Source: Octopus bimaculoides (Eukaryota). Taken from it: a stretch of 56,768 nucleotides of DNA. The notes under the pieces were generated by a model. The model was not told the origin of the DNA. It was given only the letters and a program-made list of their open reading frames with translations, and made no database searches. Where the stretch lies: contig NC_068987.1 in NCBI RefSeq assembly GCF_001194135.2, positions 102,632,176 through 102,688,943 on the forward strand, written 5' to 3'. Below are positions 12,687 through 23,335 of the stretch, piece by piece. How positions within the stretch are numbered: position 1 is the first letter of the stretch; each line of letters starts with the position of its first letter. The position numbers and the translations under genes were made by a program.

Positions 12687-13570
12687 TAATAATTATGATA
12701 GTAATACTAATGTTTCTGCTGTGATATTAATAATTATTTTCTAAGTCTACACATTTTTGTAGTGACAAGTCTGTTCGTTTATTTGGCTGGTACGTATTTC
12801 GTCGATTTTAGAAATACCGAGTTTCAGATTTGGCTCTGGTATGCATTGAACGCAGAACGTAAGATGATCAAAGGAAGTACCACAATGCATTACTCGTTAC
12901 TTCATCACCGTACACGTTCTTCGAATTAATAAGTATGAAAATAGTAAAATTATTAATAATTATGATATCATTCGAGCACGCTAGCTGTAGCAATAATAAA
13001 GTTATCTATTGTAAAAACGTTTGTCAAGAGGAAAGTAACAAAAAAAATAAAGGGAGAGAGAAACCTGCATTAATTGCGTTCAGGCCCAAAACAGGCCGAA
13101 GGCAGAACACAGCCCGATGCCTACAAAATTATCGATGCAACAAATTCAAAAGCATCAACCAGTAATTTTATACATCAGATACATTATCAGTATATACTTT
13201 ATTCTTTTGTTATACTAATGAAATGTATATTCCCACTACCCTTTAGGTAAATATTTCTGCTCATTCTTTCCAAAAAATACCTCTTTGTCTACTCCTTTCG
13301 TGTCCAGCTGAGAATATTAAATATTTTCACTTGATATTTTCACTAGAGTATAGTGCGGAGAAAGTATGAGAAACTTTGATCAGCGTATGTTTTTAGTGGT
13401 GTAGGAAGGGGAAGTAATTATTGTACGTCAGCAAAACAAGTTCAAACCTGGAGTGAAATATTTCTTCCTTATTTGGGATTAAAACTTATGATTTGCGGCC
13501 TATGTTTATTTTCTGTTCATGCTCTTTTCAAACAAACTATCAACAGTCTGTTTAAATATGATGCTTTATA

Positions 13571-13730
13571 CTACAGACACAAGCCTTGAAATTTTGGGGG
13601 AGGCGAATCACTGATTACATCGACACCAGTGCTCGACTAGTACTTATATCATCAACCCCAAAAGGATGAAAGGCAATGTCATGCTCAGCAGAATTTGAAC
13701 TTAGTACGTAAAGACGAACGAAATGTTAAG
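13571..13730 (-). mobile_element. SINE family A, 5'-truncated
   Basis: Reads cacaagccttgaaattttgggggagg...gattacatcgacaccagtg...aaaggatgaaaggcaatgtc...gaatttgaacttag. Confidence 0.8.
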
Positions 13731-14177
13731 AATATTACCAGGTTCCTGCCATCTTGGCACCTCAATGAGTTTAAATAAAATCATTTATAAAATGATTTTA
13801 AAACAACTCTCTGCTTTTATGATTATTTATAACGAAATCTTCGCGAAGAAACTATGGGCTTATTCGGAATTAGAAATGTAACTCGTCGAGCTAGATATTT
13901 TATGGCCCTGGATGTGATTTCAGAGTTAAAGGTTTCTAGTAAGATTGGTCCTTCAGAATTTACCAGGGGCAACAGGAGAGTGTTCCTTACATTTGTTGAT
14001 ATATATATATTGTTGAGTTTCATATATCTCAGATCTAGCTTAAATACCTACAAAAGGTTTTCTGCCAACTGAGCGATAGAAAATTAATCTTCAACGACAA
14101 GTCGTTAACAACTATGTGACAGTATATCTGGTGTTCAATAACCATCAACGAGATATTTCTCTGCCGCATTTGATACA

Positions 14178-14245
14178 TATACACACGCACACACGCACAC
14201 ACACACACACATACACATAAACACACACACACAAACACACACGCG

Positions 14246-14300
<55 letters not shown>

Positions 14301-14394
14301 GCGCACACAAACACACATATCTTTATATGCATATAATTATGCATATATTATATATGCTTACGCATGCACACACAAATTCACACACTCTTACTTG

Positions 14395-14426
<32 letters not shown>

Positions 14427-14447
14427 TGTATGTATGTATGTATGTAT
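14178..14447. repeat. Compound (CA)n/(TA)n/(TATG)n microsatellites
   Basis: Visible runs. Confidence 0.9.
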
Positions 14448-17400
14448 GCAAGTGTGTTGACGTGGAGAAGGGGGTAGCCGAATGTATATAAGTGTTTTTG
14501 TGCATTTCTGCATGTAGGCATGTGTAACTATGTATTTATAAATTTGCATACGACGAATCCCTTTATTTTCCTTATACTCTTTTCAAGGAAGAATCATATG
14601 ATCTTTTTACGTGTAAAACGCTTCAACGATACAGAAAATTTTACTGAAAATCGTATCAGCTGTGTTCAGGTTTTACCTATTCCTTTTCTATCCTTGTATG
14701 GCTGAAGACTCACAAGCCTCCGTTGCCACACCGCCTTCATTCAATCCCATTGTGTTTTTTGCTGGAAAGCTTTAAATGCAGCAATGTGTTTTTCCATCAT
14801 CGCTCAATAATTAGTATAATATTCAAATATAATCTGTATTTTTCCTATTTGTTTCTTATGAAATGTGATAAAAGTTATAATGTTTCCTATTTCTTTCTTA
14901 TGAAATGTATAAATCTTTATATACACCTCAGTCGTAAGATGATGTGAGAGAACTCGGAGAAGCTGGCGTACTTTCTGGTGAATATTCCCAGAAATCATAT
15001 TGCTCTTATATATACATATATCAATTTAATGCACATACTGAAAGAGCTACTAATAATTTCATGCTTTTATGATACCTTAACTAGTCATATTTATATCTCC
15101 AAACAGTCTTTCAGGCTCTGTTTTTGAGTTAAATATATTCTAAAAAGAAACATGGATGTCCAACAGTGAGAAACTAAGACAAAACGAGAATAAAACGCGA
15201 AGAAGGTTGATGCAAAATATGGAACGAAAATAAAGAAACAAAAGTAAGAAAGCCAAGATCCTCGTCATCCCTCATTGAAGAAACCACAATTAATTCAGCT
15301 GGTATAGGACAAAGCAGAAAATATGTCAAAGTCCGTCAGACAGCAACTCAGTCTGGGGGAGGGTGGCGTCCTCCAGTTCAATTAATGAAACCTTTCAACG
15401 TGTTTACACCTGGTAAAAATTTCAGATCTAGAATTAAGCAGTATATTAGTATTCTTGCATTTAAAAAGAATGAGATCTTTTTGCTAGGCTTAAGTTGCAT
15501 TTCTTACATCCATTATCATATCACCTGGATTTCTCCACAATTCTCCACTTGATTGTGCGTGGTGTGGAGTTGGAAAATGAAGAACGTTATGACTAGTAAA
15601 ATTGTACAATATCCCACTGCCAGTTGTTGACACCGGTACCCATAAGCTTTCCCACTTGACTAGGCGTGTATGATAAACCTTGTCATCTACGAGGCAGCAG
15701 TAACAGCAACGCCATAAGTCGTCTTAATTGAAAAGAATTACATCGTGTTATGTGACGGCGAATTCAAAAAGCATCATGTGAACCATCTATCTTCTTTCTG
15801 GTATATCAGCAAAAGTAATGCAACTTATTTGGCTCGTCAAGTATTGAGTTTGAAGACAAACTCGACACCACACGCCATCAGATGTGTGTGTGTATTTGTG
15901 TGTGTGGGTATGTGTCTATGTATCCGTTTGTCTGTGTGAATGTTTGTGATAGTAGGTTACAAACTTACAAACACTGGATAGGCTCCGTAGTTACGTTTAT
16001 GGAGGCTGTAACTAAAACCATGAGAACGTTTGTGGGAACGTTTCTTACGACACACATATATATATATATATANNNNNNNNNNNNNNNNNNNNNNNNNNNN
16101 NNNNNNNNNNNNNNNNNNNNNNNNNNNNNNNNNNNNNNNNNNNNNNNNNNNNNNNNNNNNNNNNNNNNNNNNNNNNNNNNNNNNNNNNNNNNNNNNNNNN
16201 NNNNNNNNNNNNNNNNNNNNNNNNNNNNNNNNNNNNNNNNNNNNNNNNNNNNNNNNNNNNNNNNNNNNNNNNNNNNNNNNNNNNNNNNNNNNNNNNNNNN
16301 NNNNNNNNNNNNNNNNNNNNNNNNNNNNNNNNNNNNNNNNNNNNNNNNNNNNNNNNNNNNNNNNNNNNNNNNNNNNNNNNNNNNNNNNNNNNNNNNNNNN
16401 NNNNNNNNNNNNNNNNNNNNNNNNNNNNNNNNNNNNNNNNNNNNNNNNNNNNNNNNNNNNNNNNNNNNNNNNNNNNNNNNNNNNNNNNNNNNNNNNNNNN
16501 NNNNNNNNNNNNNNNNNNNNNNNNNNNNNATATATATATATATATATATACATACACATACATCCACTCTAGCTAACAAGTTGACTTTTATATCAGATAA
16601 TATTTTCAGCAAGACTACATTACAATATATATGTATACGTATATGTATATAGGTATATATGTATATATATGTGTGTGTGTGTGTATGTATGTTTTTTGCA
16701 TGTATACACACACATACAAATATGCGACATATAAACATACACTAGCGTGCATACTTAACAGACATATACATATATATACGCGCCCTTCCACACACACATA
16801 CATATACATACATACATACATACATACATACATACATACATACGTAGGTACGTAGGTACGTACATGTATAGTTGCTTTCACACAAATATATCACTAAAGT
16901 ATATCAGTGACAAATAGTACAATTATATTTTTTTCTTTTCAACCATATATAGAGATAAGGGTTGCTAAAGATATCGCGAGAGATAGAAGGATGAAAAAGA
17001 GAGAGTACGAAAAATGAGAAGGAGATAGAGAAAGTGAGAGAGCGAGGTTAGATGGATGAAGAGAATGAGTCAAAAGAAATTTAGCTAGTTTCATATTATG
17101 CGGAAGGGTAGTTGTTAGTCGGTAGTCAATCAGAAATCAAGATCATAGCCGGTCATTATGGCAGCGTCGCATGTGAAGTGACCATTGAACGGTGTGGCCT
17201 TACTGATTGCCATACTAAGTATTTTCCACCTCATTGACTTTGCTTGTTCAGCCAACCTTGTCTTTTTTATGTGCACGAGGAAATGAATCTTGAAGTATTA
17301 CTAATAAAAAAACATAATGTTCCTCTAATTCATCATCATTGTCATCGTTCATCATAACTATCAACATCGTCGTCATTGTCGTGGTCGTCGTCGTCGCTCT

Positions 17401-18379
17401 TGTCATCGTCATCATCACCATCATTTATTTTTGTATGTTTCAGCATCAGCATTGCGGTAGTTATATTTTAATGTTAGAAGAAAAAAATGTATTTTTCTTC
17501 ATTTCTTTACGACAATGGTGGATTTGCTCAAACGTTAGCGTTATACTAAATGCGATGAGATATCCAGTTATACTCTTCGAGATTTGAATTCAAATCTTGC
17601 TGTTGTCCGCTTTCCTTTTCATCGCTCCAGTTCGATGAAATAACTATCAGTGAAATGCTGGTGAAGGATGTTGTCCGCTTCGAAGCAGTACGTTTTACCT
17701 CCTTTTAAAATTTATAATTATTACGAAAGTAACGGCGTAGCAGAATCGTCAGAGAAAAATAATGCAATGAAATTTAGAACTTACTCTTTACTTTCTGAGT
17801 TCAGGTCCAGAAATCCATTTTACCTGTCTTCATCCTGAAGTCGGAAAATAAATACAAATCCAATGACTTGATAAATTAATTCTCTTCAAATAATCCTTTG
17901 ACTTTGTGCTTTGCTTGTTTTACGCCAGCTGCTACTACACCACCAGTTACACCCCAATCGTTTTCACGAGATGGTATTTCATCATTCCAACAACCTAGTT
18001 TTCTTAAAAACTTGAAGCACCTTGAGTTTCGTTATGCAGACATAATATACTATAACGTATATTGAATACTTTTCTGAGTCAACAGCACGTCCTACTGTGT
18101 TAGCAGTGCTCTTTATATTATTGTGTTAAGGTTATTTCTATAGAAATTATAACCAGTACTGACTTTTTGCTACAACGCTTCGTCTCGAGACACCAAATGT
18201 AAACAAATAATGAAATTAGAGACAGCAAATGGATAATGAGTGTATGTGCCATATCTCATGGGGGTTTTGCCTCTTCATCAACACTCATCTAACTCACTCT
18301 TGCCTCCGAACACGTTGTTCACATAGCCACCGCAAACAGCAGTGTGAAATTAATGGATATACCAATTTACATAATGAAC

Positions 18380-19000
18380 CCATTCCTGGGACTAGTATGT
18401 AAATATGAGGCAAGAGTTAGTTTTCTGTTTGCTGCTTAGTTTGTGTTACCATTTTGGATGCCGATTCTGCACAACATGTGTTGTTTGAATTGATTATTGG
18501 GTTACGTATATGTTAGGTACATCAGAGGAGATGACAGTAAATTATATTACTATAACTGGGTTTCTGAATTAAACGATCGCCTGGCCTCCACACAATATTT
18601 GTTCCTCTTATTTGTACTCTGAGCAAGTACCACAGAACTAATAATATTGGATAGTTATCGTTTCTGTATCGATTCTATTTCCCATCCGTACTTCTTAACA
18701 CCTCTTATTTCTTCCTAGTGTGGTCTGCTTCATCATATACTTTTAGTTTATTCTGGAGGGAACGTTTTGATCATCCACGCCAACTAAATATTTTTAATAC
18801 TCAGCTTTTATTTATTTATTTTTTTGTGCTTCTTAAATCAGTGATGTTTGATTGTCTTTTTCCATGCGATTAATTTCAAAAGTTGTTTGACCAAAAAAGG
18901 GGGTTCTCTTGCCAACGATTTATCATGGCATTCCATTACTCAATCCTAACTTAGAGTTTAGCTTTTTCACTGGTTCATTTATTTCACATTTCTCTTCATA
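18380..19000 (-). mobile_element. Possible highly decayed R4/Dong-type LINE RT fragment
   Basis: With indels, the minus strand gives GLSKCAMINRGK-like and KYLVGV-like text, resembling the FGLxKCA...RGK...YKYLG motifs of R4-clade RT. This is a weak manual alignment. Confidence 0.3.
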
Positions 19001-20092
19001 ATTATTCCTCATTTGAACCCCTATTTTCAGTCATATGGAAAACAGAAGACTATTAGTTATATAATGTATATTGTTCTTGTTTCGTTTCTGTTTGTATTAG
19101 TTTCGCATTATTCTTTCCTAGACATCTACGCTATTCTAAAGTGGATATTTATAATAGATTTTCGTTGTGCAAAACCGTTAGTTCCGTGTTTTGTTGTGAA
19201 TGTATATATATTTACTATGTCAGCATTTAGATGCTTCAGCCTAAATAATATAATTATTCTTTCTTTCGTTTTTATTGTCTAGTCTAGCTATTTCAATTAG
19301 CATCCAGATGAAGATATTGTAAGTGTAGCTTATTACTGGAACACTAAGAGTATTAATATCTATTAACTTGTTAATTACTTTTTTCCTTTAACATTGTTGT
19401 AAGTATTAATCTAATTAGTCTAAATTATATCCTTCCTAATCTCTCTTTTTTTTTGCTTCATTTCTTTGTGTTTTATTTCTGTCTAGTTCATTGATTCCGA
19501 AATATTTGCAATTATCTGCTTAGTCTCTCTTGTCTCTATTTTTGTTTCTATCTAACATGACATCAGTATTCTTTAAGGTTGCTTTAGAGCACGTTTCTAA
19601 TTTGAATCTCATTATTATTGTTATTGTCCGCTTGCCTTATTTTTATTGCGTAATTCCATTATACTATACTAGCGAGTGCAGCTCTGAGCGGTTTGGGTAC
19701 AGCAGAGTTTTATTTTCGTTTTGTATTTTTAATGTATTGAGTGCACCCTATGTAATACTTTGTCAGTATCAAGTATTACTATTTATAGACGTTTAGTATA
19801 TTTGGGTTTTGTGTTATGCAATTGCCTGCAAGATTCTTTCATTATTCACTGCCGAGTCATCCATGAATTTAAGAGCTATTCCTCTTTCCATGCTGCCATT
19901 GTGGTTTCCTTTGTAATCGAGTATTTTTTTTTTATTTCTAAACAGTTAGAACGTCAGACAAATGCAGCATTTCAACCAACTTTATGTTCTGAAAGCCAAT
20001 TCCACCGAAATCGACTTTGCTGTTCATCTTTTGTGGCTCGATAAAATAAGTACAAGCTGAGCCCTGTGGTTGATGTAATAGTAAAAGGGATT

Positions 20093-20273
20093 CTTGGTGT
20101 TATTTTTGTTAGAAGCATGGACTGGCACAACTGATAGAGTTTCGCAAAAAATGCCAAGCAACTTTTGTTTCGGTTCTCGCCGAGGTCAAATTTGCCTTTC
20201 ATCCTCCAGTTTGAAGTTTTGTTTCTGAAGTCTACCAAAATGAAAAATAATGGTTGTGTATATTTTTGGAAAA
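20093..20273 (+). repeat. 181-bp segment (old degenerate SINE A plus flanks) duplicated at 29277-29457
   Basis: The two copies match at 180/181; the single difference is gagtttcg vs gagtatcg. Confidence 0.93.
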
Positions 20274-20859
20274 CAAATTACATTTTTTTTCTCTCAAGAT
20301 AGCGATAATGAACATTTTACTGTACACATCGAAATAGAAAAGGGAAAAACGTACAAAATGTTGCATCGATTCACACACAAAGCAAAAGAAAAAAAAAACG
20401 GAATGTTAATTTGATTGCAACGCAAGATATTAATAATATGGACGAAGACACAACTCTCTCGAGTTGATTTCTTGCCGACAACAACAGCAGCAAAAGTATG
20501 CATGCAGTTTTCGTTTTGGGTGTAAACATGAAGAATATATTGTATTTCGTGAATGTTCTATCAAAAAGGAAAACTAGCGATATGAAATTATCGGTACAAA
20601 AGTTCTTCATGACGGATCGAAAGCCCAATGAGTTGTACATCAAACTACGGCCGGCTTTTCACAACCAACTACACTGGCTCATGGAAGAAGAAAGGTAATG
20701 TATCTCTGTCTTACGAAAACCGCAACTGGTCATATGCTCCCATCCAAACGGGAAATGGAGAACGCATGGAAGATTCTATAAATAAAATGATCTTCATTGA
20801 ATGAGAGTAGACATATGGCACTATGTGTATCCTTTTTTTTATAACCACTACGCCATATG

Positions 20860-20939
20860 CACGGGCATAGGGTTAAGAGCGCGAGCTACTAATCCCAAAA
20901 TTCTGAGTTCGATTCCAGGTAGTGACCTTAATAACAATA

Positions 20940-21023
<84 letters not shown>

Positions 21024-21206
21024 TCGAAAATTACCTTAGGGATGAGAACCCAGGTTCGAAATGTCCCCTAGACACCTGATGAAGTCTTGAGGATATATCA
21101 GCCGAAACGTTGTGTTAACAACAAACAATATGATGACAAATATCCGTCAAATATAAATAACATATATAATGTACATAATTCCTCATCTCTTAAATATAGA
21201 ACTGTA
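20860..21206 (+). mobile_element. tRNA-headed SINE, family D: head, (AAT)n, then hammerhead-containing tail
   Basis: Head ggttaagagcgcgagctactaatcc (tRNA-Ser-like) with B box gagttcgattcc at 20905-20916, then (AAT)n at 20929-21021. The tail is homologous to 30314-30467 on the minus strand. Confidence 0.8.
21071..21116 (+). ncRNA. Minimal hammerhead ribozyme motif in the SINE D tail (stem II weakened)
   Basis: Reads GACAC-CUGAUGA-A-gucuuga-ggauaua-UCAGCC-GAAAC-GUU^GUGUU. Stem I is GACAC/GUGUU and stem III is the palindrome ACGU. Confidence 0.62.
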
Positions 21207-21349
21207 CATATTATTTCTCATTCTTTTGGGGTCTATAAAATTGTTACTTGTCAAATTGCACAGTTAATAATATTGATTAAAGTAAAGTAAAAATTCTTGG
21301 ATTTGTGCCTAAAATATTAGAAGTTATTGTTATTTGCTATTGTCTCGTA

Positions 21350-22330
21350 TGAATATAAGAAAATATCTTTTGGTATTTGTCCTCATACTAATAGTCAAGT
21401 TTTAGGCATTCACATGCTTCTTTTGATGTCCAACTGTTCCAGGTAATATAACTGCTTTATGGGAGATTTTGTTTAATGCTGATACAACTGCGGTTTTTGC
21501 ATTCTACATTCTTTATAGCATTACATTTAAGCAAACATATTTCGATATATTTGACTATCCCTTGATACCAATGTTTTTATCGATAAGGAATTGTACGAGG
21601 CACTTCCATTTTTTATGTCATAATCATATCTGGTCTACGGTGTTCAATTGTTCTGTCTATCACGATGAAAAAACCCCATTGAATTTTCTGTAATTTTTTC
21701 CAGGTTCATTTGCAGCCTATATTTATGTATTTATTTATCCATTACTAGTATATGAGTCCACTTATCAGAAATGTTTTATTCATATTTTATAGAAAGCAAC
21801 CAAACTTATTATGAGGTCGCTTGACGTCCTGATAAGCTTGCTATAATATACTCTAAACCTGGTTATGTAAGGATTTCAGATGTTTTATGACAAAAGCGTT
21901 GGATTCCACTTGGTCATGCGTTCTTCCAGTTTCGCAGTATCTTTACCTGCTGCGAGATTTTGTCCTTAGAGACACTGGCCCTTTTTTTCGTGTGTATTGT
22001 TCAGTTCCGTTTTAACCGTTTTGCGTTTCTGCGTTTTCATTATATGTTATTGAGTATCCTCGAATTCTGTAAAGAACTCTTAATTGCTTCTCTCGCGTTT
22101 GTTGCTAATATTTCCATTATATATCCTCGAAACTTTTAGAAAAATGTATCGGATCTGATACAAACCGGCTGTAATGCTCAAAATGCGTTTTCTGAATCAG
22201 TGTAACGCTTTATCTTGGTAAATTTTGCACATGCTCTATATTTCGCTTTTAACTCGTCAGTCTTGTGTTCCTTACATAAGTTACATTTCTTCTAGATTTT
22301 GAATTTTGCTGAGGTCTCTTCTACACATTT
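21350..22330 (-). mobile_element. Decayed, internally deleted R4/Dong-clade non-LTR retrotransposon
   Basis: Minus-strand translation near 21625-21665 gives FFIVIDRTIEHRRPDMIM, the RPD motif of the restriction-like endonuclease. Upstream text ELKAKYRACAKFTKIKRYT...SRFVSDP resembles the pre-RT region. Confidence 0.55.
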
Positions 22331-22394
22331 ATCGTACATCATCATCGTCATCATCATCACCATCTTCACTTTAACCACTAAGCCATGCGCCCAT

Positions 22395-22682
22395 GAGGCT
22401 GGATGGCTTCGTGGTTAGGGTGTTGCACTCACAATCTAGCGTAATTTCAATTCATAGACCGGCTAGCGCGTTGTGTTCTTGAGCAAAATACTTCATTTCA
22501 CGTTGTTCAGCAGTCACTACAACACCTGAAACGTGGTACACAATACATCTGTTCAGACAACGTCGATTTGATGGAGAGAATGAGCTATGTGCGGCACTAA
22601 ATTTTCATCACTATAAACGAATCAGTGGTGCTGGTCGTTCAGCAGAATCCGAAAATTCATACGTCGTCTTCGACGAAGAGTC

Positions 22683-22683
<1 letters not shown>
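22395..22683 (+). mobile_element. tRNA-headed SINE, family C variant
   Basis: Head tggcttcgtggttagggtgttgcactcac, then gttgtgttcttgagcaaaatacttcatttcacg shared with 9493-9704. The 3' half differs, and an (ATT)n run follows. Confidence 0.72.
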
Positions 22684-22721
<38 letters not shown>

Positions 22722-22722
22722 G

Positions 22723-22900
22723 AAGGCGGCGAGCTGGCAGAATCGTTAGCACACCAGACGAAATACTTAGTCGAGGTCGACTTTGCCTTACACCCCTCGG
22801 GATCGATAAATTAAGTACCAGTTGCGCACTAGGTTCGATCTAATTGACAGGCCCCCTCTCCCAAAATTTCAGACCTTGGGCCTATAGCAGAAAGGATTAT
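22723..22900 (+). mobile_element. SINE family A (internally deleted)
   Basis: Reads aaggcggcgagctggcagaatcgttagcac...gaggtcgactttgcc...ggatcgataaattaagtaccag...agaaaggattat. Confidence 0.88.
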
Positions 22901-22941
22901 TGTTGTTGTTGTTGTTGTTGTTGCTGTTGTTGTTATTGTTA

Positions 22942-23145
22942 TGGCGTAGAGCTGGCAGAATCGTTAACACCCCGGGTAAAATGTTCTGTGACATTTTGTC
23001 TGTCTTTACGTTCTGAGTTCAAATTCCACCAAGGTTGACTTTGCCTTTCATCCTTTCGGGGTCGATAAGCTAAGTACCAGTGAAGCACTGGTAATCGACT
23101 ATCCTCTTCCCACCAAATTTGATGCCGTGTGCCTATTGTAGAAAG

Positions 23146-23147
<2 letters not shown>
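22942..23147 (+). mobile_element. SINE family A
   Basis: Reads gagctggcagaatcgttaac...gttctgagttcaaattcc...ggttgactttgcctttcatcctttcggggtcgataagctaagtaccag. Confidence 0.9.
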
Positions 23148-23194
<47 letters not shown>

Positions 23195-23335
23195 ATTATC
23201 ATTATTATTATTATTATTCTTATCATCATCATCATCCTTATTGCCATCATCATCATCATCATCATCACCACCCTCATCATCATCATCATCATCATCATCA
23301 CCATCATCATAATTACCAGCATCAGCAGCAGCTGC
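23147..23335. repeat. (ATT)n-(CAT)n-(CAG)n compound microsatellite
   Basis: Visible runs. Confidence 0.92.

Noticed and set aside
20400-20800. Possible further R4/Dong fragment (IIWTKTQLSRVD...)
   Set aside because: Only one short motif-like match, and the following motifs could not be recovered.
20871-20928. tRNA-like sequences at SINE heads (also 9493, 22395, 36487)
   Set aside because: There is no complete cloverleaf or acceptor stem, and each continues into a SINE body, so they are not tRNA genes.
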